Position numbers and translations under genes: made by a program
Source: a virus
Lineage: Duplodnaviria > Caudoviricetes
Length of the DNA: 64,000 nt
Strand: one strand, 5' to 3'
Virus record (IMG/VR): IMGVR_UViG_3300028048_003170
Span: 5,077 to 69,076 of that record
Shown here: positions 55,801 through 64,000 of the stretch, one piece after another
How positions within the stretch are numbered: position 1 is the stretch's first letter
How the letters are laid out: every line of letters starts with the position of its first letter
The notes under the pieces: generated by a model
The model's input: only the letters and a program-made list of their open reading frames with translations
Databases searched by the model: none
Told to the model about the DNA's origin: nothing

Positions 55801-55986
55801 GCACGAACCGAAGCAGTGCCAAGTATTGCGGCCCGGGTTTACGGTGAACGATGGGGTGCGCTCGTTGTGGAACGGGCAGCAGGCAACGTAATTCGCGCCT
55901 TTGCGCTTGAGATCCACATAACGGCTCACCAGATCGACGATATCGATGCGGTTGAGCAGGTTTTCTATGCTCCTGTCGCTGATCAT
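52813..55986 (-). CDS. DNA primase-helicase (CHC2 zinc finger + Toprim + P-loop domain)
   Basis: CCPFHNERTPSF, WHCFGSC, LVEGAPD, DADPP, LFGPKGSGKSEL; 1057 aa. Confidence 0.93.
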   Translation of the reverse strand: MISDRSIENLLNRIDIVDLVSRYVDLKRKGANYVACCPFHNERTPSFTVNPGRNTWHCFGSCQEGGDAIKFVMRQCNMSFPEAVKELGRMYGVTIEETDSKEQTAEQINNGKRREAMFFAYEALQPFFVAQLKSGSEEGDYARTYATRRWSQEFISECGIGYAPRNGSLLVKFAKASTIPEDVLLDLGVLRTSERTGQLYSFFRERIMIPIRDRFGRIIGYTARYIGENEETAKYLNSVTSLLYSKENSIFGINLALRTAARENKFYLVEGAPDVLRLQQLGVNNTIASLGSEWTEKQFNQIKRFSPNLCFLPDADPPKDGEHFGTGIKAVIKNALKALEQGFSVTVKEIPLGPGNTKNDPDSYCKSKAILEKLEEEDFIIWYAKKLHLVSTSQEQKSQMVITISSLVARIEDEVKQSMYIDTLVKTMPGRSLWKNAVKTAKKRLAEDKLKKESISLDMIEQYGFQEQHHCYFSVGEDGKRRQWSNFTMKPLFHIRDNVMALRLYKLTNVNGVEATVEMKQEELVSLTKFRQRVESQGNFIWKAKEEQLTTLKQYLYATTETAEQITQLGWQPKGFFAFGNGIYTSEWHPVDDLGIVRLGELGNYYLPAFSTVYRDDTQFFQFERRFTHLGLNKIPLYDYCKILVDVFGDNGKVGIAFLLATLFRDVVVSYTRSFPILNLFGPKGSGKSELGHSLMAFFIIDNIPPNISNSTLPALADAVAQCSNALVHLDEFKNNIDIDKREFLKGLWDGTGRNRMNMDRDRKREVTKVSCGVIISGQEMATADIALFSRFIFLSYSKSQFSQEAKARFTQMAGIRKLGCSHLVLEILQCRALFEAEFSANYKATFEDVSKALEKSNIEDRIMRNWLVPLAAVRTLQGALKLPFTYNDLLQVCINGIISQNSETVSNNELTIFWDIVSFLRQEGKIWLGADYRIELENRIKCTNHRYEMEFPKAKRILYLRHTRIFQLYKMHGRYVNEALLPPASLQHYLENSDAYIGRKRSVRFKNIVNGVQTRKEVDERGEKLFLPVKAVDQAMVFDYDLLEEQYGLNLEEYTS

Positions 55987-56231
55987 AGGAAGTAGAGGTC
56001 ATATTCAGGCAGCCTGTGTTTACCGTTATAGCACAACCCGTCGTGATGCCAGGTGACGTAGCGGTTCAGCGGCTGGTCACCGTTCATGCCTATTCTCACA
56101 ATGCCTGTGGCGTGGTCGAGCACCTTCTTGCCGGGAACGAAGTACACGGCATAGAGCTCGGCGCGTCCGTCGCGTTCGACAGCGGCCTCCCACTCGCTGA
56201 CGCTGTGGTGGTCATTAAACAATCCGTACAT
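55983..56231 (-). CDS. Small early phage protein
   Basis: 82 aa, 4 bp overlap with primase. Confidence 0.7.
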   Translation of the reverse strand: MYGLFNDHHSVSEWEAAVERDGRAELYAVYFVPGKKVLDHATGIVRIGMNGDQPLNRYVTWHHDGLCYNGKHRLPEYDLYFL

Positions 56232-56248
56232 GATTCCAGTTTCTGTAT

Positions 56249-56455
56249 TTATTGGTATGAGAGTATGATTTCTTTGATGGCCTTCCTCTCCAGCCTGGAA
56301 AGGTTGTTGTGGCTGAGCTTATAATAGAATGTGCCGTATGACCAGCCGCACACCCTATTGACCTTTTCCCTGAAACTCGGTTTCTTCCTTCGTGGTAGTC
56401 CGTAGTAAAAATTGGATATACTCATAATTTCATCAAAATAATTTTGCCAGTTCAA
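56249..56455 (-). CDS. Cro-like small DNA-binding protein
   Basis: 68 aa basic helical protein (FREKV...CGWSYGTFYYKL), divergent from the repressor. Confidence 0.65.
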   Translation of the reverse strand: MNWQNYFDEIMSISNFYYGLPRRKKPSFREKVNRVCGWSYGTFYYKLSHNNLSRLERKAIKEIILSYQ

Positions 56456-56465
56456 TATTTAGTTG

Positions 56466-56520
56466 TAATTTTGTGCAAAGGTAAAGAAATATTTTCAAAC
56501 TCATGGCAATAAACTGCCAT
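56466..56520. promoter_or_regulatory. Lysis/lysogeny switch: opposing -7 boxes and candidate operator
   Basis: TAATTTTG (+, 56466-56473), TACCTTTG (-, 56476-56483), palindrome ATGGCA-N6-TGCCAT (56503-56520). Confidence 0.55.
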
Positions 56521-56557
56521 AAATTTTGCAAAATATTTAGGCTATAATATTAAAACT

Positions 56558-56935
56558 ATGTATAACGGAAAGAGAATTAAAGAGTTATTAGAAGAGCGTG
56601 GGCAGAACAATTCGGCCTTGCTCTCCGCCTTGGGGCTTGACCCGAAAAAGAATTCCCTCAAGACCGTAATAAATGGCAACCCTACAGCCAACCGCCTGGA
56701 ACAGGTGGCTGACTTCTTCGGCGTGGCTATCGACGAGTTCTTCATCAGGGAAAACCGATCTGTTCCCTCACCGGTTGACACTGGCATTTCAAGACTTAAA
56801 GAGCTCGAACTGGAAGTGTCACAGCGTGACAAAGTCCTCCTTCTCAAGGATGAAATCATCAAAGAAAAAGAGGAAAGAATCAAGCTGCTGGAAGCGTTAA
56901 ATTCTGTATATTCCAGCCAGTTAAGTGGCAATTAA
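56558..56935 (+). CDS. XRE-family HTH repressor (cI-like)
   Basis: RIKELLEERG...INGNPTANRLEQVADFFGVAIDEFF plus C-terminal coiled coil. Confidence 0.85.
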   Translation: MYNGKRIKELLEERGQNNSALLSALGLDPKKNSLKTVINGNPTANRLEQVADFFGVAIDEFFIRENRSVPSPVDTGISRLKELELEVSQRDKVLLLKDEIIKEKEERIKLLEALNSVYSSQLSGN

Positions 56936-56938
56936 TTT

Positions 56939-57054
56939 CGGACGATTTTCGGACGGTAAATGTAAAATTTAGCACCTTTCGTGATTCCTAACTAACTGAT
57001 TATCAAGGGTCGTTTCCGAGCAATTTTTGGGTGGAGAATCCCTCCCTTTCCGCA
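56939..57054 (+). repeat. attR1: arm-type region plus tRNA-Ser-like 3'-end core
   Basis: cggacgattttcggacg...ctgattatcaa...AATCCCTCCCTTTCCGCA; repeated at 60229-60344. Confidence 0.8.
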
Positions 57055-57327
57055 CAAATTCAATGAACGATTAAGATGCAAGTCTTAATCGTTTCATTTT
57101 TTTGTGCGAGGGCTTGAGCTTGCTCAAAGCACTGGTACAAAGAAATGAAACAATAGACACGTCAGTGTCGTTCATTGAATTTGTTGCGCCCCGCCGGGGC
57201 GCAGAGGGATGCACGAAGTGAATCCCGACCGCCCTTGATGTTGCCACCAAGCCATCAATTCAATGGGTTCGCCATCGACCTTCAGGTCGCTTTCGAAGCA
57301 CAGAGTAGAAAGAATCACTCCCTTTCC
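57053..57327. repeat. Palindromic REP/MITE-like element following the tRNA fragment
   Basis: 17 bp inverted repeat (57053-57069 / 57168-57184), multiple hairpins, 31 bp shared with 60417-60447, ends in near-copy gaatcactccctttcc. Confidence 0.55.
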
Positions 57328-57428
57328 AGTATGCTATAGGGACGAAAAATCACTAAATCATAATAACAAGCGGTTGATTCTCCTTAAAGGTAAATCAACC
57401 GCCTAAGCCCTGAAAAAACGCTGCTAAA

Positions 57429-59231
57429 CTAATTCTGCGGGACACACACAGCGCGGACGGGAAATCCGAGGCTGCGATCGTTGCAGCTCCTGCCCGAGTT
57501 ATCCGAATTGAAGTACAGACAGTAGGCGACTTCGGAGAGTTCCAGATTGAGCGAACGCGACCAATTGATGCCGTCGCTGTCCTCGCCCACTCCGAGGAGC
57601 ATCTCGCGCCAGCGGTAGCCGGCAGCGGGCAAAAAGATGCTGTTCCCGTTAGGGCCTGTCACTAAACAGCCATTCACGCCGTTCAGCGTTGTCCAAGTCC
57701 ATGTGCAATGCTCTCGCAACTCGTCTTGCTGAGCTTTGGTCGGCATGCGCCACGAAGGCCCCCATTGTACGTATGCAACATCGTCTTCTGGTTCCAGCTC
57801 GCTTTTAAAATCAATAAAGTTAATGTTATAGGAACCATAACTGTACTTGGTTATGCCATCCATACTACCGTTGCACCACTTGTAGGTCGTCCAGTCATAA
57901 TAATCCTTGGAAAAGGTCTCGCCCCAGGCGAAGTAGTCACCATACTCCTCGGGGCTGTTGGCACCAACATTGCAAGTTGCCCACAACGTTCCGCTGGGCA
58001 GCCCCAGATCCACCCATTCTTTGGTGTTGACAGCCGGTTGCCCTTTCAAGATGATGTCGATGATGACATTGATGTCGGCGATATTGACCTCGCCATCGCT
58101 GTTCACATCAGCTCGGGAGTGAACATAATCACTAACGTCACTGCCAAGAATAATGTCGATTACGGAATTGATATCAGCAATATTGACCTCACGATCTCCG
58201 TTGATATCACCCCGAATGGGGAAAGATTTCACTTTAATCACATGGGAGTTGCCGTAGGCATTGCAGGAACCATCTTCATTGGTGACCATATAGCGCATAT
58301 AATAAGTTCCCGCATCCATGAAGGTATAATCCACCTCATCTTGGTTGAACCGCTTGATGACGTTCTCAAATTCAGCATCGGTGGCCATTTCCCAGGCACG
58401 ATAAACGACAGCGTCGGTAGGATAACCTGAGAACACGATATGGCATGGCGCCCAGCCGCCCAAGTCATCACTATAATCATACACACTATAATCCTGTTCG
58501 GCAGTTGAGCGGCAATCCACAGCCTGTGTTTGGTAATACTCGCTCTCAATGGCATTCTCAAGCCCCCACGCTTGAAGGAAACGGTCACCCGTTAGAGCGA
58601 AGACGGTGTTACACAACGGCGGTTCGATGGCAAGGACATCGTCAAGGCACTCGAAACTTTCAATCACCTCAAATTCATACCACTGTGCATCACATTCATC
58701 CCACACTAGCGTGTGGTAAGCCAAATTGATTTCCCGATCCAACACTTGAGTTTGTCCATTAATGGATGTGTAAGGTATCTTGGGCCCGTAACCATCCACC
58801 CTGAAACTAATCAACGAGCACGGCTCATCATTACTGATGAACATATCATTGAGTTCCAAATAATAGTCAGCATAGTTGACCACCCAACAACAATAGCGCT
58901 CGTTGCCATCCACGATGATATAGCCAGAGTTGGGCAAAACCTGACTGAGTGAAGTGACTGAGCTATCACAGCTAATGCAAGTAATCTCCTCGGCATAGTC
59001 GGCACCTCGTGAATCATAACTATACCATATAACCCGCTCACCCGATGTCGAGTGATAGGTCATCCCAACCCCATTGGTGTTATGGACTACATATATCTTG
59101 TCTAACCCCGTGCCCGTCGCTGGTGTAACCTCAATAACAGGGTACGCCCCTACGCCGGTAAACGTCACTTGGCCATTTACCGTCAACAACGAAATAATAG
59201 CCACAAAAATTGAGAAGATTCCGTTCTTCAC
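57429..59231 (-). CDS. Secreted protein with PKD-like, dockerin-like and C-terminal VDLGLPSGTLWA domains
   Basis: Signal peptide; duplicated GDINGDREVNIADIN / ADVNSDGEVNIADIN; GTG start. Confidence 0.85.
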   Translation of the reverse strand: MKNGIFSIFVAIISLLTVNGQVTFTGVGAYPVIEVTPATGTGLDKIYVVHNTNGVGMTYHSTSGERVIWYSYDSRGADYAEEITCISCDSSVTSLSQVLPNSGYIIVDGNERYCCWVVNYADYYLELNDMFISNDEPCSLISFRVDGYGPKIPYTSINGQTQVLDREINLAYHTLVWDECDAQWYEFEVIESFECLDDVLAIEPPLCNTVFALTGDRFLQAWGLENAIESEYYQTQAVDCRSTAEQDYSVYDYSDDLGGWAPCHIVFSGYPTDAVVYRAWEMATDAEFENVIKRFNQDEVDYTFMDAGTYYMRYMVTNEDGSCNAYGNSHVIKVKSFPIRGDINGDREVNIADINSVIDIILGSDVSDYVHSRADVNSDGEVNIADINVIIDIILKGQPAVNTKEWVDLGLPSGTLWATCNVGANSPEEYGDYFAWGETFSKDYYDWTTYKWCNGSMDGITKYSYGSYNINFIDFKSELEPEDDVAYVQWGPSWRMPTKAQQDELREHCTWTWTTLNGVNGCLVTGPNGNSIFLPAAGYRWREMLLGVGEDSDGINWSRSLNLELSEVAYCLYFNSDNSGRSCNDRSLGFPVRAVCVPQN

Positions 59232-59481
59232 GATTATATGTTTTATTCAGTTAATACATTTACATTTAGCAAATATAGGTTAAACAAGAACACCGTACAA
59301 GAAAAACAAGAGTTATTTGAGCCAATGATGCATTTTTCACCAAAAAGTGTCCAAAATATTTACGTTTTCTCTGCCAATATCTGTCGTTAAACACGCAATC
59401 AATCTGCTTTTTCGGAGATTTTGACAATATTGTTGTATAATATTTAGTTAGCAACTATTTTTCAGTTACATTTGCAGCATT

Positions 59482-59763
59482 ATGAATACATTGAGTTATA
59501 AGGGCTATTTAGGCTCAGTCGCTTTTAGTGAACAGGACGGTGTTTTCTACGGCAAGGTGGAGGGCATCAACGGTTTGGTGAACTTTGAGGGCGAGAGCGT
59601 CAAGAAACTGACCGAGGCATTTCATGAGGCCGTGGATGATTACCTCGCTTATTGCGCCGATGAGGGCATTGAACCAGACAACTTGTGGGGACGATATGAT
59701 TCGGGCAGTTTGCCACTGGCTTCAAGTAAACGAATTGCCGTCTTGAGCAGTTCCATGTCGTAA
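59482..59763 (+). pseudogene. hicB: HicB-family antitoxin, C-terminally truncated and fused to foreign sequence
   Basis: LSYKGYLGSV...FEGESV..L..AFHEAVDDYL..C...GIEP, then reads into antisense yafQ; no hicA. Confidence 0.75.
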
Positions 59764-59825
59764 CCGCGTTTGCGGCAACGTTCCGTGTCCTTGCGGAACG
59801 TCTTGGTCATCAGAATCTTATACAT
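59649..59825 (-). pseudogene. yafQ: YafQ/RelE-family toxin, truncated after HKLSG
   Basis: Manual translation MYKILMTKTFRKDTERCRKRGYDMELLKTAIRLLEASGKLPESYRPHKLSG, then SMPSSAQ* from antisense hicB. Confidence 0.75.
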
Positions 59826-59827
59826 AC

Positions 59828-60031
59828 CTAGATTCCTAATGACTCAAACATCTCCTCGGACGAATCGAATGATTCTATGCGGCCAGCCTTCTTGTCTTCT
59901 TGAGAACGAATATAGCTGCTCTTGGATTTTGAGGGGACACGTTGCACAATCACTCCTAATGCATGGAGATAGTTCATGAGAGCTTTACCCCATGATGAAC
60001 GCTCATTCACTGTAATAGTATAGGTTGCCAT
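59828..60031 (-). CDS. Antitoxin partner of YafQ-like toxin
   Basis: 67 aa directly upstream of the toxin; C-terminal GRIESFDSSEEMFESL. Confidence 0.7.
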   Translation of the reverse strand: MATYTITVNERSSWGKALMNYLHALGVIVQRVPSKSKSSYIRSQEDKKAGRIESFDSSEEMFESLGI

Positions 60032-60228
60032 TGTCTTTTTGTTTATTTGATTATTAGTGCAAAGTTAAATAATATTCTGAAATAATCGCAAGTCGCATGC
60101 CACAATTTTGAAAACAGACCTAAAAATACTACTTTTGCAAACAGAATTATCTGAGAAATGTAGGAAATAAAGACTACTTGAGGTGTTAAAATACATTTAT
60201 CCTCATGTAGTTAAGTGGTAATTAAAGT

Positions 60229-60344
60229 CGGACGATTTTCGGACGATAGTAGTTAAATTCAGCACCTTTTCAAAATGCTAACTCGCTGATTATCAATAGC
60301 CGTTACCGAACAATTTTAGGGTATTTAATCCCTCCCTTTCCGCA
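60229..60344 (+). repeat. attR2: second arm + tRNA-Ser-like core copy
   Basis: Colinear with 56939-57054 (offset 3290 at both ends); followed by a terminator-like hairpin. Confidence 0.8.
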
Positions 60345-60381
60345 AAATGAAGAAGAAGTCCCTTGTGGGCTTCTTTTTTCA
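60345..60381 (+). terminator. Terminator hairpin after attR2
   Basis: aaatgaagaagaagtccc-ttgt-gggcttcttttttcatttt. Confidence 0.65.
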
Positions 60382-60522
60382 TTTTACGAGACAGGCGCTG
60401 CAGATTCGAACACACAGGGTTCGCCATCGACCTTCAGGTCGCTTTCGCAGCGACAGCGGAACCCCTTTTGAAAAAGATGTCGCCCGGGCCCACGTCTTTG
60501 CGGGTGATCATGCCGAAAAAAA

Positions 60523-61020
60523 CTATTTACTTCTAGTTTTATAATAATCATTACTAAATATGGAGAGTTCATTGATACACATTGATTTTCCAAGTTCATC
60601 AAACTCCATATGCGGATATAGTATAAATGTTCGTTTTGTATCTTTCCAAGCGTAGCATTTATTTGTTTCTTTACTTTGCCCAAACTGTGACGTCAAATAA
60701 TCAAAAACTTTTTTTGACATCTGCTGTTGCAAGTTTCCGTCATCAGTTGTGTAAATAAAATGCACCTTAACCAATTTGTTGTTTTGGAAAACCAAGATAG
60801 CATCATCAAATGCGCAATCAGCAAAATCATTGTACTTGCATTGATAGGCTATCATGCCGTCTTCTAAAATTTGATGTAATCCGGTGCAATAACCATTTGC
60901 CTGTACGTCATCCAAAGACATACCAAAAACCATATCTTTGTAGGCAGTGGTATCACCAGAGTCACAACTTGATAACATCGTAAAAGTTGCTAACAATAAT
61001 AACAAAACTGTATTCTTCAT
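60523..61020 (-). CDS. Lipoprotein, hypothetical
   Basis: Signal with LSSC lipobox, 165 aa. Confidence 0.8.
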   Translation of the reverse strand: MKNTVLLLLLATFTMLSSCDSGDTTAYKDMVFGMSLDDVQANGYCTGLHQILEDGMIAYQCKYNDFADCAFDDAILVFQNNKLVKVHFIYTTDDGNLQQQMSKKVFDYLTSQFGQSKETNKCYAWKDTKRTFILYPHMEFDELGKSMCINELSIFSNDYYKTRSK

Positions 61021-61168
61021 TCTTAAATCAGGTTTGGTTAATAGTCCACAAATTCACATAGAAAAAACTGTTATCTCCTCTTTTCAAGTGATATATTGCA
61101 GCAAGAGGCGCTGGTACTCGTAATTGGCATAAGTTGTTTACCGCCCGATGACCAGAAAAGAGGTTGTG

Positions 61169-61720
61169 CTACTTCATGTCGATGAGATCCTCCAGTTCCA
61201 CGACCGCCTCTTCTTCCTTGTAACTCATCTTTTCGGGTTTGAACACATGAAATGCGCACAAAAAGAACACAATAACAAGAACCAATACCCAAAGAGAATG
61301 GAACAAGTCGGTTCGGAAAGTGTAGAGCCTGAATCTATCGTAAAAATTGCATGCTATCACGACAAGCATGGGTACAATAAAACATACCTTTTCAAATCGA
61401 TTTCTCTTCTTTAACAGGCACAACAACTGGTCTGGAGTGTCAATGCTATCGATTTTCTTGATATACAGATAATCGTAGGGGATCGACGATACCAACGCAC
61501 AACCGATAACGGTAAAACTTATCAAGAAGCAAATGACATCTTCCTCGTCGCAATAAGGACGTTCCGGATGATATTTCAAGATGAAAATGATGACCCCAAC
61601 CGTAAGAATCAAGAAGAGCAGTCCAATGCAGATTGAGACTACGCCTCTCGATTTACATTTGCGAGCGAGCATCTCAAACATCTCGTATCGGTTGATATTT
61701 CCATTTTCTACCGGTTTCAT
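61169..61720 (-). CDS. Four-TM membrane protein
   Basis: 183 aa with four hydrophobic helices. Confidence 0.75.
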   Translation of the reverse strand: MKPVENGNINRYEMFEMLARKCKSRGVVSICIGLLFLILTVGVIIFILKYHPERPYCDEEDVICFLISFTVIGCALVSSIPYDYLYIKKIDSIDTPDQLLCLLKKRNRFEKVCFIVPMLVVIACNFYDRFRLYTFRTDLFHSLWVLVLVIVFFLCAFHVFKPEKMSYKEEEAVVELEDLIDMK

Positions 61721-61912
61721 GACTTCTCATTTTTATTGGTTAATATTCCTACTCATTAGACACGCAGGAATAGCAGAAGTTTAGAACCAAACGGCGATTA
61801 TTTCGCCCGGTAGGCTCCATTTTATCTTCGAGATTTCGGTGATTTTGCCGCGTAGTTTGAATAACGACATGGACGCAACCCGTTATGGAAAAAGTGGGTG
61901 TGTCAAGGACGT

Positions 61913-62341
61913 TTAGTACAGGCGATTCCTTTGCAAGAAGTGCATGTAGTAGGCCATGTTTCCAGCAGTGAATCCGATATCAAACACACGAGGTTCGTCC
62001 TCAGTCGTAGGGCTGAACGTGATGGTCACTTTCTTTTTCTTACATTGCACACTGCTCCACACCCCCTCGATGTAGTGACTGGGGCCTGGTATCTCATACG
62101 AAACATGGGGGCCTCTCTCGTAGAGTGATTCAACCTTGGGCTCACAGTTCTCGCAGATGAATGTGAACGAGCCACCTGACAAGGGGACTTGATAGACACC
62201 TTCCAGCACTTGGACAAGATCGGTGGGCGCCTTCCATTGCATCTTGTCGGACGTTCCGTCTGGCTCATCTTTGCCGCACGATGTGGCTGTAACGAGGACT
62301 AACAGCAACAACGGCAGCAGCGTCTTTGTAATCTCTTTCAT
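61913..62341 (-). CDS. Lipoprotein, hypothetical
   Basis: Likely start 62341 (MKEITKTLL...ATSC). Confidence 0.75.
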   Translation of the reverse strand: MKEITKTLLPLLLLVLVTATSCGKDEPDGTSDKMQWKAPTDLVQVLEGVYQVPLSGGSFTFICENCEPKVESLYERGPHVSYEIPGPSHYIEGVWSSVQCKKKKVTITFSPTTEDEPRVFDIGFTAGNMAYYMHFLQRNRLY

Positions 62342-62482
62342 TGGTCTTAAATTTATATTCAACGTTGAAACTCCGCTTTTACTTCTGTGGCAGTTTGGCA
62401 AGTCGCTATGCACAAACCGTGAGAGAATTTTGCGCTTGTTAATCGGTGATTTGAATCAAACGATCGAAGCCGGGTACTATGC

Positions 62483-63913
62483 TTAAGAGACACGCACGGC
62501 ACGGATAGCGAGTCCTGCAGCACGGGGAAACGGGCTGCTCCAATGCTTGCCCTCCCCATTGAAAATCATGCATGCGGCACAGTTAGAGTTAGGCGCACTA
62601 GGGATGAGCGTGCACGTCCAATAATATCCCCACAAATCCGACCCGTCAGGAATGGTTTGCCAGCAGCATCCCGATGCGGGTAAGAACATGGTGTTGCCGT
62701 TGGGACCGGTAAACAGCAAACCGTCCACGCCGTTCAGTGACGTCCAAAGCCAGGTGCAAGCGCTGAACAACTCGTTGCGCTGCTCGCCGGTGGGCATGCG
62801 CCAAGATGGGCCCCAGTTCACATAGGCGGCATCATCCTCAGCATCCAGTTCCGTCTTGCCATCAACCGCACCCAATTCGCCATCAGTGCAGTACTTCGTG
62901 ATCGAGTTACTCGTGCCGTTGCACCACTTGTAAGTCTCCCATGAGTAGACGCCCTTGGGAGTGACCTCGCCCCAGGCGAAGTAGTCGCCGCACTGCTCGG
63001 GACTATTGGCTCCGATATTGCACGTGGCCCAGAGCGTGCCGCTGGGCAGACCCAGATCAACGTATTGGTGATCATCATGCGACGGGCCACCGCCCATGAT
63101 GATGCCAATGACGGCACTGACGTCGGCGATGTTGATCTCGCCGTCGCAGTTGACATCAGCACGTGAATTGCTGCCACCGCCAAGTATCACACCGATAATG
63201 GCATTGACATCGGCGATGTTGACCTCGCCGTCAGCGTTCACATCCCCTATGATGTTGCTCCCCCGAGAGATGATGATGTGATCAGGGTAATCATTGTTGC
63301 TACACATGATAGCATAGCCGTAGCCCTCGGTAAATCCGATGTAGGCATCAGCGGGATAAGTGATGGAGCAGTTAGTAAAGGTGATACCCTCGGCGATTCT
63401 TTGTACCGACCCTTTAAGATTGGCCTGCAGATGATCAAATGCCAGGGCAACCCCCACACCGTCGCCATTGTCACCAATACCATTGACCGTCTCCAGGTAA
63501 ATGTCCTTGACGGTGAGGTGTGTCGCTTTGATAAACAGGTCAATCCAGGTGCTGGAAGTGCACAGGCTACCATCGCCTTGAATGGTAACCTGCTTGGCAT
63601 TATAACTGTCAAACGAAATCGCGACATAACCGTTGGTAGTCAATCTACACGCTCCATGGACGATGATTGTGGCCTCATCCTCGGTAATCAGGATAGGATG
63701 AATGTTATCGTAGAGGTTGTCGGTATTGTATTCAATAACAGCGTTGTCCAGAGTGAGCGTGCGGTTCGTCTCATCCCAGGTGATGCTGCCGCTCTTGATG
63801 TATGGGCAGTTGAAATGGCCGTTATCATCAGGATCAATGCCGCAAACCGCTATTGATGCGTTAACGCTAAAGGCCGCCAGAAGTGACAGGAATAATAAGG
63901 TAAATTTCTTCAT
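62483..63913 (-). CDS. Secreted protein with beta-solenoid-like, dockerin-like and VDLGLPSGTLWA domains
   Basis: Start MKKFTLLF at 63913; GDVNADGEVNIADVN x2; C-terminal domain paralogous to 57429-59231. Confidence 0.85.
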   Translation of the reverse strand: MKKFTLLFLSLLAAFSVNASIAVCGIDPDDNGHFNCPYIKSGSITWDETNRTLTLDNAVIEYNTDNLYDNIHPILITEDEATIIVHGACRLTTNGYVAISFDSYNAKQVTIQGDGSLCTSSTWIDLFIKATHLTVKDIYLETVNGIGDNGDGVGVALAFDHLQANLKGSVQRIAEGITFTNCSITYPADAYIGFTEGYGYAIMCSNNDYPDHIIISRGSNIIGDVNADGEVNIADVNAIIGVILGGGSNSRADVNCDGEINIADVSAVIGIIMGGGPSHDDHQYVDLGLPSGTLWATCNIGANSPEQCGDYFAWGEVTPKGVYSWETYKWCNGTSNSITKYCTDGELGAVDGKTELDAEDDAAYVNWGPSWRMPTGEQRNELFSACTWLWTSLNGVDGLLFTGPNGNTMFLPASGCCWQTIPDGSDLWGYYWTCTLIPSAPNSNCAACMIFNGEGKHWSSPFPRAAGLAIRAVRVS

Positions 63914-64000
63914 ATCGTTAGGTATTAATTGGTTAATCGACGTTTTAAGACACAACCCGATAGATTCAAGGCAAAATAATTGATTGTGCAAAAATAGCAC

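Larger units (their letters stand above)
1..57054. mobile_element. Temperate tailed prophage (right part; continues beyond left edge), integrated at a tRNA-Ser-like site
   Basis: Tape measure, amidase/holin, portal, terminase, major capsid, Clp protease, primase and cro/cI genes; ends at tRNA 3'-end fragment AATCCCTCCCTTTCCGCA (57037-57054). Confidence 0.92.

Noticed and set aside
1-57054. Prophage-wide TAG-to-Gln recoding (code 15)
   Set aside because: Only one interrupting TAG was found; phage genes are intact in code 11, and TAG serves as a normal stop (e.g. primase 52813, pglX1 32381)
57037-57054. Intact tRNA gene
   Set aside because: Only the 3' 18 nt (part of the T-arm and acceptor stem) is present, here and at 60327-60344
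57429-63100. Diversity-generating retroelement acting on the two similar C-terminal domains
   Set aside because: No reverse transcriptase in the window; the differences look like ordinary paralogue divergence, not adenine-specific changes
1-64000. Conjugation or relaxase module explaining the ssDNA promoters
   Set aside because: No relaxase, T4SS or coupling-protein gene is recognisable in this window

Overview
Bacteroidales-type DNA (TAnnTTTG promoters, dockerin-like proteins; host assignment is inference). Positions 1-57054 are the right part of a temperate tailed prophage. It contains tape measure, lysis, tail, portal, terminase, capsid, Clp protease, primase-helicase and a cro/cI switch, and ends at an attR whose core is a tRNA-Ser-like 3' end. 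The integrase and attL are not in the window. Between the portal and terminase modules lies a ~21 kb cargo block with a type-1 BREX operon. This operon has two full-length tandem pglX methyltransferases with different specificity regions, and is extended by three genes, one a stop-interrupted, membrane-anchored exonuclease VII-like gene. Other notable signals: (i) five morphogenesis operons share a GTCTTTT-N20-TAnnTTTG promoter; (ii) two Frpo-like hairpin (single-stranded DNA) promoters sit in front of ardA and a MutS-I-domain gene; (iii) a ~475 nt nested-fold non-coding element; (iv) an oppositely oriented AAA-ATPase cargo operon with a repeat-flanked gene; (v) a second attR copy 3290 bp downstream, enclosing a remnant with fused, truncated HicB/YafQ genes. 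Host-like genes follow. All family assignments come from motif recognition by eye, not database searches.
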